From an uncultured Erysipelotrichaceae bacterium (GTDB lineage Bacteria > Bacillota_I > Bacilli_A > Erysipelotrichales > Erysipelotrichaceae), in NCBI GenBank assembly GCA_964401865.1, contig CAYNZZ010000012.1:1-32000 (forward strand): a DNA stretch of 32,000 nucleotides. The letters are read 5' to 3'. The translations under genes and the position numbers were made by a program. Below, in pieces: positions 1 to 9,404 of the stretch. Below the pieces are notes generated by a model that did no database searches, was not told the DNA's origin, and worked only from the letters and a program-made list of their open reading frames with translations. Every line of letters begins with the position of its first letter. The stretch's first letter is position 1.

Positions 1-372
1 ACGACAAAGATCAGTAAAATCTCCTTGGCTGTAACAAGATATTACAGTATTGTCTTCATCCATATTGTTGATAAGATCCAATTTATAGAAATCATCTTTA
101 AACATTTCCAAAGCTTCCGACTTAGAAATTTCTCTTCTGACGATACGTTTACCATCTTTAGAAATTTTTTTCATTTCCTTTTCGATTTTAGCCAAGTCCT
201 CTTCTTTAATGACTTCATCACCTAAATCAATATCATAATAGAAACCATCGGTAATTACTGGTCCTACCCAAAACTTTGCGCCCGGATATAGGTGCGATAC
301 TGCTTGTGCCAATAAATGAGCACAACTGTGGTTTAATATCGACAATCTTTCATCATCTTTAATATTAATCAT
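1..372 (-). CDS. thrS: Threonyl-tRNA synthetase, 5' portion (gene runs off the window start)
   Basis: Reverse-strand frame from ATG 372-370 is open to base 1 (124 codons): MINIKDDERLSILNHSCAHLLAQAVSHLYPGAKFWVGPVITDGFYYDIDL... This matches the ThrRS second-additional-domain signature (HSxAHLLAxA, GPxIxxGFYYD). A GGGAGGG SD ends 4 nt upstream and a T-box leader precedes it. Absent from the ORF track because it has no stop in the window. Confidence 0.85.
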   Translation of the reverse strand, partial: MINIKDDERLSILNHSCAHLLAQAVSHLYPGAKFWVGPVITDGFYYDIDLGDEVIKEEDLAKIEKEMKKISKDGKRIVRREISKSEALEMFKDDFYKLDLINNMDEDNTVISCYSQGDFTDLCR

Positions 373-379
373 ATACCCT

Positions 380-580
380 CCCAAAATAAAAGGTGTTACC
401 AAGGGCGCATAAAGCGCGGTACCACCTTAAACTTATCTCTTGAACTCTTAACGCGAGTAAACGGCTTTCGATTAAGAAGCGACTCATAAGTAGTAACTAT
501 ATAATCTTTTCAGCTATTTCCACCAAACATAGCCTCTCTAGATTAAGAAATATATAATCATGTCTTACTCAATGTCTATA
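380..580 (-). promoter_or_regulatory. T-box riboswitch leader of thrS (with intrinsic terminator)
   Basis: The minus strand reads AAGGTGGTACCGCGC (plus 414-428), the conserved T-box core. It overlaps a terminator, AAGGTGgTACCgcGCGC-TTTAT-GCGCccttGGTAaCACCTT (plus 390-428), followed by TTTATTTT. Upstream are an AGAGAG bulge and a GGTGGAA distal-loop motif. ACT followed by A in GTTACTACTT is a candidate Thr specifier. A possible promoter is TTGACA (609-614) -17 nt- TAAAAC (586-591). Confidence 0.8.
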
Positions 581-614
581 ACAATGTTTTAATACAATAT
601 CATTTCTTTGTCAA

Positions 615-1013
615 TTATTGTGCCTGTTCTTTTTTTAATAACTCAATTATCTCTCTTAAGGCTTTTGTTTCATCGGAAACAACAGGTTCTTTCTTCTCTT
701 CCTCTTTTTTGTGATTATGCATTATGCTATTTCCGATTTTAACAGCACAGAAAATCGAAAAAGCAATTATCATAAAATTGACGATATTCTGAATAAAATT
801 ACCATAATTCCATGTTACATCACCATTTAGCACAATAGATAAATCAGAAAACTTAATATTGCCTGTTACACTAGCAAATAAAGGCATAATAATATCGTTT
901 ACAAGTGAATTGACAATCGCTGTAAAAGCATTACCGATAATGACACCGACAGCGAGATTAATCGCATTACCACGAATGGCGAATTCTTTAAATTCTTTAA
1001 AAAAACTTTTCAT
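615..1013 (-). CDS. mscL: Large-conductance mechanosensitive channel
   Basis: 132 aa. MKSFFKEFKEFAIRGNAINLAVGVIIGNAFTAIVNSLVNDIIMPL is the canonical MscL N-terminus/TM1 signature; a second TM and a charged C-terminal helix follow. Confidence 0.95.
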   Translation of the reverse strand: MKSFFKEFKEFAIRGNAINLAVGVIIGNAFTAIVNSLVNDIIMPLFASVTGNIKFSDLSIVLNGDVTWNYGNFIQNIVNFMIIAFSIFCAVKIGNSIMHNHKKEEEKKEPVVSDETKALREIIELLKKEQAQ

Positions 1014-1022
1014 TCTATCATC

Positions 1023-1973
1023 CTATCTATACTTATCGATGAATTCCATCAAATCATCAAAATATTCATCATTGTAACAAGTATATGCATGAATATCACT
1101 ATCAATTGGATAGAAAGCTTTTTTGCCCTTGTTGGCATTATATAATTCTTTAGCCATATCATATGGAACGACAGGATCGTTTTTAGCATGCACAAAGCAA
1201 ATTGGAATTTCATTTTCTTTTAAAGCATCAACCGGTCTAATATCATCTAATCCATAGCCTAACTTATTGATCATAGTTCTGTTCAAAGAATTCAAAATAG
1301 CTTTATGCCCATGTTTGACTTCCAATTGGATCATCATTGACATTTCATCTCTTAAATTAGAGTATCCTGAATCTTCTATCGCAAAACGAACCTTATCATT
1401 TAGTTTTGTGCCTAAAGCTAACATTACCGTCGCAGCACCCATTGATACACCGTATAAACCAATTCTAGCCTCTTCATCAATTGAAGAGATGTATTCTATC
1501 CAATTAATGAGATCCAAATGTTCCTTAAATCCAAATGTAGTGTATTCTCCTTCTGACTTACCATACGCTCTTTGATCAATTAAAAGAATGTTAAAACCTC
1601 GTTTCGAAAACTCATAAGCCTGCTTTAACAAGATATAACGATCACAATTATAACCATGAACCAATATCATATATTGATGATTATCTGCGGTTTTAAACAA
1701 TATGCCATCAAGTATTAAACCGTCATAACTTTTAACATTGACATTTTGTTTCTTTGAATTTTTATACCAATTAATATGTTCATCAGATTGACTTAAATAC
1801 TTATTTTTTAATTCTTCAGTTTTAAAGAATTCATCAATATCTAAATCTAAATAAGCATCATCGACAACAAACACCTTTTTAAATACCTCGTTTGCCACCA
1901 AAGATAGAGAAGCATAAGCTCCGATAGAACCTATTCCAATCAAAGAAGCAATCTTTAATCCTTTATTTTTCAC
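1023..1973 (-). CDS. Membrane-anchored alpha/beta-fold hydrolase
   Basis: 316 aa with a GTG start. N-terminal TM (LKIASLIGIGSIGAYASLSLV), HG oxyanion motif (ILVHGYN), nucleophile elbow GVSMGA, and a distal Asp/His (NDPVV, SDIHA). Confidence 0.75.
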   Translation of the reverse strand: MKNKGLKIASLIGIGSIGAYASLSLVANEVFKKVFVVDDAYLDLDIDEFFKTEELKNKYLSQSDEHINWYKNSKKQNVNVKSYDGLILDGILFKTADNHQYMILVHGYNCDRYILLKQAYEFSKRGFNILLIDQRAYGKSEGEYTTFGFKEHLDLINWIEYISSIDEEARIGLYGVSMGAATVMLALGTKLNDKVRFAIEDSGYSNLRDEMSMMIQLEVKHGHKAILNSLNRTMINKLGYGLDDIRPVDALKENEIPICFVHAKNDPVVPYDMAKELYNANKGKKAFYPIDSDIHAYTCYNDEYFDDLMEFIDKYR

Positions 1974-1976
1974 AGT

Positions 1977-4559
1977 TTATTTCAACTCCTCTAATTTCTT
2001 CATCACAATTTCAAATGAATTCTTATTATTTTCAAGCTTATTTTTTTCTTCTTGGATTTTCATCTCAGGAGCCTTGTTTAAAAAAGATTCATTAGACAAG
2101 ATAGATTCTCCACGTTTAATTTCTTTTTGATAGAAATCTAATTGTTTTTTCAACTTAACAATCTCTTTTTCTTTATCAACTATTTCATCCAATTCAAAAA
2201 TAATCTTTCCATCGGTTATTGGTCTTACCAATGTTTCGCCATTTATTTCATCAACCACAATTAATTTACACATCTTAAACAAGATAGCATTTAAAGATTC
2301 GTTCATTACAATTGAAGATTCGATTTTTACTTTTAACTCTTTAGATGGTTTAATATCATTATCACTACGTAATTCTCTTGATGAAAAGATGATTTCATTC
2401 AAAATATCAATTTGTTTAACTTTTTCCTCATCAATATCTTGACATAAACTCGGCCACTGAGCAATTGTTACCGAATGATTTTCATCATATAATTGTTGAT
2501 AAATTTCTTCAGTTACAAACGGAATAAATGGATGTGAAATGATTAAAATCTTCTCTAATACATATAACAAAACAGATAATGTATGATTTTTAACCTTTAT
2601 ATCATCACTATTCAATGCAGATTTAGAGTATTCGATAAACGAAGAACAGAAATCATTCCATACAAAATTAATTAATTCATTACCAGCGATACCAAATTCA
2701 TAACGATCCAAATTTAATGTAACTTGATTAATTGTTCGATTTAGTTTAGAAATAATCCAATGGTCAGTTTCATCGATTAGTATATTTTCATCTCTAACAA
2801 AATTTTCATCAACATTCATCAGACAATATCTAGAAGCATTCCATAATTTATTAATAAAGTTCCAAGCCGATTCAACCTTAACCGTTGAGAAATTCATATC
2901 TAAACCAGGTGTTGAATTTGTAAGTAAATGAAGTCTTAAAGAATCACAACCGTACTTATTGATAATCTCAATAGGATCAATACCATTCCCCAATGATTTT
3001 GACATCTTACGACCTTGTTCGTCACGTACTATTCCATGCAATAAGCAATCTTTAAACGGTACATCGTTCATAAAATGGCGAGCACTAAACGCCATTCTTG
3101 CGACCCAAAAAAATAAGATATCCGAACCGGTTACCATGCAAGATGTAGGGAAATATCTAGTTAAATCTTCAGTCTTTTCAGGCCATCCCAAAGTTGAGAA
3201 AGGCCATAAGGCGCTTGAGAACCAAGTATCTAGCACATCTTCATCCTGTACGTAATTTTCTATATCTTTAGGCGCTTCTTCTTCACAATATATTTCGCCA
3301 GTTTTTTTATGATACCATACCGGAATTCTATGTCCCCACCATAATTGGCGAGAAATACACCAATCTTCAATATTTTCTAACCATTGTTCAAAAGTCTTCT
3401 CAAAACGTTTCGGATAAAAATTGATTTTTGTTTTTTCGCTCTTTTGATTTTCCAACACTGCTTCAGCTAACGGTTTCATCTTTACAAACCATTGTTCAGA
3501 CAAATAAGGTTCTACCATGCAATGCGTTCTTTCGGAATGACCAACATTATGTACTATATCTTCAATCTTTTCTAAATGACCTTCATTCTTGATTTTTTCA
3601 ACCAATTTATCGCGACATTCAAAACGATCCATACCAGCAAATTCAAGGCATAACTCATTCATTGTTCCATCTTCATTCATACAGATAGGCATCTGTAAAT
3701 TATGTCTGATTGCTATCTGATAGTCATTAGGATCGTGAGCCGGAGTACATTTCATCGCACCGGTACCGAAACCTATTTCGATATAATTATCGCCAATAAT
3801 AGGTAAAATATCACCATTGGCAGGATTAATGCATTTTTTACCAATTAAATGATTAAGTTTATCATCTTTTGGATGCACCACAACGCAAACATCACCAAAC
3901 ATTGTTTCAGGTCGAGTAGTAGCTACTGTAAATATTTCATCACTGTCAACAACATTGTAATTAAAATAATACATTTTACCCTTTACTTCTTGATGTATTA
4001 CTTCAACATTACTCAATGCAGTTTTTGCAACCGGATCCCAATTAGTGATTCTTTTGCCCTTATAAATTAATCCCTCTTTATAATAAGTTACAAAAACCTT
4101 ATTGACAGCTTTAGATAATCCTTCATCTAAAGTAAAACGTTCTTTTCGATAATCAACCGAAATTCCCAAAGCCTTCCATTGTTCGTGAATGAAATTAGCA
4201 TATTCTTCTTTCCATGACCAAGCTTTTTCTAAAAACTTTTCTCTTCCGATATCATATCTAGATATACCTTGTTTGCGAAGTCTTTCATCAATTTTAGCCT
4301 GCGTAGCAATACCTGCATGATCCATTCCTGGAATCCACAATACATCTTCACCCTTTAGACGATGATATCTAGCTAAAATATCTTGCATCGTGTTATCTAG
4401 TGCGTGTCCGATATGAAGTTTACCCGTTACATTTGGCGGTGGAATAACGATACAGTATGGACTTTTAGATAAATCACCTGATTCAAAATATCCTTCTTTA
4501 ATCCATTTGTCGTATTTACCACTCTCAACTTCTAAATTATTATATTTATTACTTAACAC
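1977..4559 (-). CDS. valS: Valyl-tRNA synthetase
   Basis: 860 aa. Class I HIGH (PNVTGKLHIGHAL) and KMSKS (GRKMSKSLGN) motifs, a CP1 editing domain and a C-terminal coiled coil. GTG start at 4559 with a GGAGGGA SD. A T-box leader lies upstream. Confidence 0.97.
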   Translation of the reverse strand: MLSNKYNNLEVESGKYDKWIKEGYFESGDLSKSPYCIVIPPPNVTGKLHIGHALDNTMQDILARYHRLKGEDVLWIPGMDHAGIATQAKIDERLRKQGISRYDIGREKFLEKAWSWKEEYANFIHEQWKALGISVDYRKERFTLDEGLSKAVNKVFVTYYKEGLIYKGKRITNWDPVAKTALSNVEVIHQEVKGKMYYFNYNVVDSDEIFTVATTRPETMFGDVCVVVHPKDDKLNHLIGKKCINPANGDILPIIGDNYIEIGFGTGAMKCTPAHDPNDYQIAIRHNLQMPICMNEDGTMNELCLEFAGMDRFECRDKLVEKIKNEGHLEKIEDIVHNVGHSERTHCMVEPYLSEQWFVKMKPLAEAVLENQKSEKTKINFYPKRFEKTFEQWLENIEDWCISRQLWWGHRIPVWYHKKTGEIYCEEEAPKDIENYVQDEDVLDTWFSSALWPFSTLGWPEKTEDLTRYFPTSCMVTGSDILFFWVARMAFSARHFMNDVPFKDCLLHGIVRDEQGRKMSKSLGNGIDPIEIINKYGCDSLRLHLLTNSTPGLDMNFSTVKVESAWNFINKLWNASRYCLMNVDENFVRDENILIDETDHWIISKLNRTINQVTLNLDRYEFGIAGNELINFVWNDFCSSFIEYSKSALNSDDIKVKNHTLSVLLYVLEKILIISHPFIPFVTEEIYQQLYDENHSVTIAQWPSLCQDIDEEKVKQIDILNEIIFSSRELRSDNDIKPSKELKVKIESSIVMNESLNAILFKMCKLIVVDEINGETLVRPITDGKIIFELDEIVDKEKEIVKLKKQLDFYQKEIKRGESILSNESFLNKAPEMKIQEEKNKLENNKNSFEIVMKKLEELK

Positions 4560-4793
4560 AAAACTCCCTCCTTAAAAAATAAAAAGCGTCCCAAAGGACG
4601 CTTGCATGCGTGTTACCACCTTATTTCGCAGTTAAATAACTACCTCAAACCCTTAACGCGGATAACGAACAAACCTACTAAAATTCAATTTATTAACTCC
4701 AAGACTACTTTTCTTCTTCGATGCGTGTCTTTTTCACCTATCAAGACATCTCTTATGTCACTCTAAGAATACTTCCTTCTCTTCAAAGTCTAT
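4560..4793 (-). promoter_or_regulatory. T-box riboswitch leader of valS (with intrinsic terminator)
   Basis: The minus strand reads AAGGTGGTAACACGC (plus 4608-4622, T-box core variant). This is followed by the terminator AAGCGTCC-TTTG-GGACGCTT and TTTATTTTTT (plus about 4572-4603). Stem I elements are an AAGAGA bulge, TGTCTT/AAGACA and a GATAGGTGAAA distal loop. GTA followed by G in GAAAAGTAGTC is a candidate Val specifier. Confidence 0.8.
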
Positions 4794-4799
4794 AAAGAT

Positions 4800-4827
4800 A
4801 TTATAATTGAATGATTTAAAAAATCAA
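4800..4827 (-). promoter_or_regulatory. Sigma-A-type promoter for the valS leader
   Basis: Minus strand: TTGATT (plus 4822-4827), a 16-nt spacer, then TATAAT (plus 4800-4805), placed just upstream of T-box stem I. Confidence 0.5.
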
Positions 4828-5117
4828 GCCGTAATATCTTCGCCATCCTGTTTATCATACTCTTTGTCACAATAAGGGCATGTATTATTGTTCATCAACA
4901 AAGTAACAGATGGAATCGGTTTATTACAATGAGGGCATCTTGTTAAAACGAATGTCGATGCTAAACTCAAAACAATAAGTATAGCAATAATAACTACTGT
5001 AACCACCAACAAATCATTTTTGATGATAAAATCAGCCATTATCATACATGCGAACATAAATATAACTGGTAGCGCAGTTAACAATAAAGAAATGTTTCTT
5101 TTACTTTTAAAACTCAC
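4824..5117 (-). CDS. Small two-TM membrane protein with C-terminal zinc ribbon (unknown function)
   Basis: The ORF track gives 4824-5189, overlapping engB by 71 nt. An AAGGAG SD sits 6 nt upstream of the in-frame GTG at 5117, immediately after the engB stop, giving a 97-aa product. It has two hydrophobic helices and then CPHC...(14 aa)...CPYC. Confidence 0.55.
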   Translation of the reverse strand: MSFKSKRNISLLLTALPVIFMFACMIMADFIIKNDLLVVTVVIIAILIVLSLASTFVLTRCPHCNKPIPSVTLLMNNNTCPYCDKEYDKQDGEDITA

Positions 5118-5118
5118 T

Positions 5119-5691
5119 TCATTCTCCTTGTAGCAAGATATTTTCAATAATTGTTCGAGTATCCTGCATATTTTCTTTTTTAAGGGCACTCACTCTGATA
5201 ATGCTTTTTTTAGGTACATCGAGTGTTGAACTAATTAAATCAATAGATTTTAACGATTGAGAATATGATAATTTATCACTTTTATTAGCGATTATTAAAA
5301 CTTTTTTATGACATTCTCTTAAAAAATCTATCATTTCTATATCATCTTTAGTCGGCTTATGTCGAATATCAACTATCATTACAACTAAATCTAGATGTTG
5401 ACGATTGGAAAAATAATTTTCCATCATATCACCAAAATCAATGAGTTCTCTTTCGCTTCGATTGGCAAATCCATAACCCGGAACATCTACCGCCGTATAT
5501 TTACTATCTACATCAAAGAAATTAATTAATCTTGTCTTACCAGCTGTCTTGCCAATCTTAGCTATATTTTGATTATAAAGAGCGTTAATAAAGCTAGATT
5601 TTCCTACATTACTACGCCCCACAAATACTACTTCATGTTCAGTCGAAGGCCAATCACTATCCAATTTTGAACTTTTTATAAATGTAACCAT
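5119..5691 (-). CDS. engB: Ribosome biogenesis GTPase YsxC/EngB
   Basis: G1 GRSNVGKSS, G3 DVPGYG, G4 NKSDK. The likely ATG at 5691-5689 overlaps the lon TGA (TGATG); the track's TTG at 5694 is one codon upstream. lon-engB order matches other Firmicutes. Confidence 0.93.
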   Translation of the reverse strand: MVTFIKSSKLDSDWPSTEHEVVFVGRSNVGKSSFINALYNQNIAKIGKTAGKTRLINFFDVDSKYTAVDVPGYGFANRSERELIDFGDMMENYFSNRQHLDLVVMIVDIRHKPTKDDIEMIDFLRECHKKVLIIANKSDKLSYSQSLKSIDLISSTLDVPKKSIIRVSALKKENMQDTRTIIENILLQGE

Positions 5692-7997
5692 CAACCTATG
5701 AACGCCTCTTTAATTACTTGGTCAATTCTTTCAACCGGAATGAATTTAATATCATTTTTAACTGTATCTGGAACGTCATCCAAATCTTTAATATTTCCTT
5801 TAGGAAAAACAATGGTGTCAATTCCTGAACGATGAGCAGCTAAAGATTTTTCTTTTAAACCACCAATCGGTAGCACATTACCCCTTAAAGTAACTTCGCC
5901 GGTCATTGCTAAATCTGACCTTACTTTAGTCTTAGTTATAGCACTTACTAAAGCGGTTGTGAGCGTAACACCTGCGGATGGTCCATCCTTTGGAACAGCT
6001 CCTTCTGGAACATGAATATGAATATCATGTGTTTCAAAGAAATCATTTTCAATTTTATATTTGTCAGCGTTAGCCTTAACATAGTCAAGTGCAATTTTAG
6101 CAGATTCCTGCATTACATCTCCTAATTGACCGGTGACAATCAAGTTACCCTTTCCTTTGAAATAATTAACTTCAACCGGAAGAATATCGCCACCAAACGA
6201 CGTATAGGCAAGTCCAGTAACTACACCGATCTGATCGTTTTTCTCTTTAGCACCATAATCATAAAACTCATGGCCTAACCATTCATTAATCTTCTTTTTT
6301 GAAACTTTAATGGTCTTCTTTTCATCTTTCAGAATGCTGAGAACCGATTTGCGACATAACGAACCGATTACTCTTTCTAGTTGTCTAACACCAGCTTCTC
6401 TTGTATAGTGTCTAATTAAGTATAAAATTAATTCATTAGATAAATTAAATTGTGACGATTTTAAACCATTGATCTCTAATTGTTTAGGAATCAGGTGTTT
6501 AATAGCAATCTGTTCTTTTTCAATTTCAGTGTAAGAACTCAAATTAATGATTTCTAGACGGTCTTTTAAGGCAGATGGTATATTATCAATGTAATTAGCA
6601 GTAGCAATAAATAGAACATTCGATAAATCGTAAGGCTCTTCAATATAGTGGTCTGAGAAGGCAAAATTCTGTTCAGGATCCAACACTTCTAGCATTGCGC
6701 TTGATGGATCGCCTTTATAATCGGAAGCCATTTTGTCTATCTCATCAATTAAGAAAACAGGATTTAGTACACCGGCTTTTTTCATTCCTTGAATGATTCT
6801 ACCTGGCATTGAACCAATATATGTTCTTCTATGGCCTCTAATTTCTGCTTCGTCTTTAACACCACCTAATGATATTTTAACGAATTTGCGATCTAGAGCA
6901 CGAGCTACCGATCTAGCCAAAGAAGTTTTACCAACTCCTGGAGGACCTACAAGACAAATAATTGGACTCTTTAGACTATTAGTCATCTGTTTAACAGCCA
7001 AATATTCCAAAATACGTTCCTTTACCTTTTCAAGACCATAGTGATCTTCATCAAGTATTCTGGAAGCTAATTTTAAATCATCGTTATCATCAGACTTCTG
7101 ATACCAAGGAATTTGTAGCAGCCATTCCAAGTAAGACCTAATCACTACAGCTTCACTAGAACTACTTGGCATCATATCATAGCGTTTAAATTCATCTAAA
7201 GCCTTTTCTTTAATATTTTCAGGATATGGTTCGCTCATTACTTTTTCTTTAAGGTCATCCATATCTCCAGATGAAGGCGCTTCATTTAATTCTTCTTTAA
7301 TCGCCTTAATTTTTTCTCTTAAATAGTATTCTTTTTGACTATCTTCAATACGTTCTTTAATAACTGAGTTAATATGCTCTTCGATTTTTGCTACTTCTTT
7401 TTCTTTATATATCAATTCAAGAACTAACATTAACCTTTCGCTTAAACTATTTTCTTCAAGAATTCTTTGCTTATCATATATATTCAAGACCATATATTGT
7501 CCAAATGAATAAACTAATTCATCAGATGAAAGCCCTGATTTTAATAAATCAATAATCTTAAATAAATTAGGATTGTTATTTAAGCTTTTCATCATCGAGA
7601 TTTCATTGACGACTCTTTTTGTCAAAATCTCGACATTTGTCGCATCAACTTCAACATCTTCAATCTCTTCAACTTCAACAAAGTTTACACCATCTTTTTC
7701 TATATGGCGAATAATTTTAGCAACCTTTTTGCCTTCAAAAACAACACGATAGTGGTTTTCTTCTTTACGACGGAAATTCTTAATTATGCTCAAAGTACCA
7801 TATTCAAAAATATCTTCGGCATCAGGTTTTTCTACACTAATATCTTTTTGCGAAACAATGAAAATCATTGAATCATCACGGCTAGCTTGTTCAACTGCAT
7901 CAATACTAGGTTTACGTCCAACCTCGACACTTAAATCTTGATTGGGAAAAATAACAGCTCCCCTAGTACATAATAATGGAACGATTTTTGTGTTCAT
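5691..7997 (-). CDS. lon: ATP-dependent Lon protease (LonA)
   Basis: N-terminal LON substrate domain, AAA+ Walker A GPPGVGKTS, Walker B FLIDEIDK, and protease Ser motif PKDGPSAGVT. The ATG at 7997 lies 8 nt after AAGGAGG; the track start at 8003 is a TTG two codons upstream. Confidence 0.97.
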   Translation of the reverse strand: MNTKIVPLLCTRGAVIFPNQDLSVEVGRKPSIDAVEQASRDDSMIFIVSQKDISVEKPDAEDIFEYGTLSIIKNFRRKEENHYRVVFEGKKVAKIIRHIEKDGVNFVEVEEIEDVEVDATNVEILTKRVVNEISMMKSLNNNPNLFKIIDLLKSGLSSDELVYSFGQYMVLNIYDKQRILEENSLSERLMLVLELIYKEKEVAKIEEHINSVIKERIEDSQKEYYLREKIKAIKEELNEAPSSGDMDDLKEKVMSEPYPENIKEKALDEFKRYDMMPSSSSEAVVIRSYLEWLLQIPWYQKSDDNDDLKLASRILDEDHYGLEKVKERILEYLAVKQMTNSLKSPIICLVGPPGVGKTSLARSVARALDRKFVKISLGGVKDEAEIRGHRRTYIGSMPGRIIQGMKKAGVLNPVFLIDEIDKMASDYKGDPSSAMLEVLDPEQNFAFSDHYIEEPYDLSNVLFIATANYIDNIPSALKDRLEIINLSSYTEIEKEQIAIKHLIPKQLEINGLKSSQFNLSNELILYLIRHYTREAGVRQLERVIGSLCRKSVLSILKDEKKTIKVSKKKINEWLGHEFYDYGAKEKNDQIGVVTGLAYTSFGGDILPVEVNYFKGKGNLIVTGQLGDVMQESAKIALDYVKANADKYKIENDFFETHDIHIHVPEGAVPKDGPSAGVTLTTALVSAITKTKVRSDLAMTGEVTLRGNVLPIGGLKEKSLAAHRSGIDTIVFPKGNIKDLDDVPDTVKNDIKFIPVERIDQVIKEAFIG

Positions 7998-8013
7998 ATA
8001 CAAAACCTCCTTA

Positions 8014-8043
8014 ACAATTTATAAAAGACGCAACGCGTCTTTT
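8014..8043 (-). terminator. Intrinsic terminator after tig
   Basis: Perfect 9-bp stem AAAAGACGC-aac-GCGTCTTTT (8023-8043), followed on the minus strand by a T/A-rich run. It lies between the tig stop (8047) and the lon SD. Confidence 0.6.
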
Positions 8044-8046
8044 AGA

Positions 8047-9312
8047 TTAAATGCCTTTAATAATGTCTAAAGCTTTACGCAATCTAACATCATGACGAGC
8101 TTGTTCAAACGGAATGTACTTCTTCAATTCCTCGATTTCCATTTCGTATAGCTCAGACATCTTTTTAAATTCTTCTTCTACTTCAACATCACTTACTTCA
8201 ACTTTCTCAGCATCAGCGATTGCTTCAAGAACTAAAGTAAGCTTAACCTTTTTAGAAGCGTCAGCCTTTAATGTATCTCTAAATTCATCACGTGTCTGTT
8301 TAGCGAATGTCAAATATTGATCAAGAGTCAAACCTTGTCCCATAAGTCTTTGTTCATAATTTCTAACCATATCATCAATTTCTTGATTAACCATTACTTC
8401 TGGAACATTAACAGTTGCATTATCTGATACCTTATTCAACACTTCATCAGTAGCCTTATTAATTAGTTCGTTCTCTTTGTGATCGTAATGAGCTTTGCGA
8501 ATATATTCTTTTAATTCGTCTAATGTCTTAACATCTTTAAGTTTTAAATCAGCAATAAATTCTTCATCTATTTCAGGTAAAACCTTAAATTTGATTTCAT
8601 GAACTTTAACTTTAAATACAACTGGTTGTCCTTTTAAATCATCGACATGATAGTTTTCTGGAAATGTAACATTAATTTCTTTTTCTTCTTCTGATTTCAT
8701 ACCAATTAATTGTTCTTCAAAACCCGGAATGAACGAACCAGAGCCAATAACTAAATCATAATTTTCAGCTTTGCCACCGTCAAATGCAACACCATCTTTA
8801 AATCCTTCAAAATCAATTACAACAGTATCACCATTTTCAACTGTGCCTTCTTCTTTAATTTCTAAATCAGCTTTTTGATCTTGAAGAAGTTTTAATTCTT
8901 CTTCTATCTCTTCGTCAGTGATAACGATTCCATCAATATGATATCCTAAATTCTTGTATTCGCCTAAAGAAACATCTGGTTTAACAGGACAAATAAATTT
9001 TAATGCACAAGTGTTTTCATCAACAGTATCAAATGCTAATTCAGGTCTGTCAATTAGTTCAACATTATGTTCTTTTACAGCATTGACCAAAGCATCTTGA
9101 GCTACCAATTCGACTGCTTCAAGAATAATTTGTTGTGCTGGCACATGCTGACGAATCATGTTCTTAGGAGCCTGTCCTTTTCTAAAACCTTTGATCTCAA
9201 CTTTAGAAGCTAATTTATTAAATGATTTTTCTTGAGCTTGTTTCCAAACATCATCTTCAATAGTGACTTTTAATTCCACTTTTCCATCTTCAATTTTATT
9301 TAATTCAGCCAT
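8047..9312 (-). CDS. tig: Trigger factor (ribosome-associated PPIase chaperone)
   Basis: Contains GFRKGQAPKNMI (ribosome-binding GFRxGxxP signature) and an FKBP-type middle domain (VIDFEGF.DG..F.GG). The ATG at 9312 follows AAAGGAG by 9 nt; the track start at 9333 is a TTG inside the SD region. Confidence 0.95.
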   Translation of the reverse strand: MAELNKIEDGKVELKVTIEDDVWKQAQEKSFNKLASKVEIKGFRKGQAPKNMIRQHVPAQQIILEAVELVAQDALVNAVKEHNVELIDRPELAFDTVDENTCALKFICPVKPDVSLGEYKNLGYHIDGIVITDEEIEEELKLLQDQKADLEIKEEGTVENGDTVVIDFEGFKDGVAFDGGKAENYDLVIGSGSFIPGFEEQLIGMKSEEEKEINVTFPENYHVDDLKGQPVVFKVKVHEIKFKVLPEIDEEFIADLKLKDVKTLDELKEYIRKAHYDHKENELINKATDEVLNKVSDNATVNVPEVMVNQEIDDMVRNYEQRLMGQGLTLDQYLTFAKQTRDEFRDTLKADASKKVKLTLVLEAIADAEKVEVSDVEVEEEFKKMSELYEMEIEELKKYIPFEQARHDVRLRKALDIIKGI

Positions 9313-9404
9313 TTTATTTTTCTCCTTTTTCAAGCTTTTGAATTATATCAAAATATACAGTTTTTTACTAGACATATATATCGTTTTAGCACTAAATAAG
9401 CATC

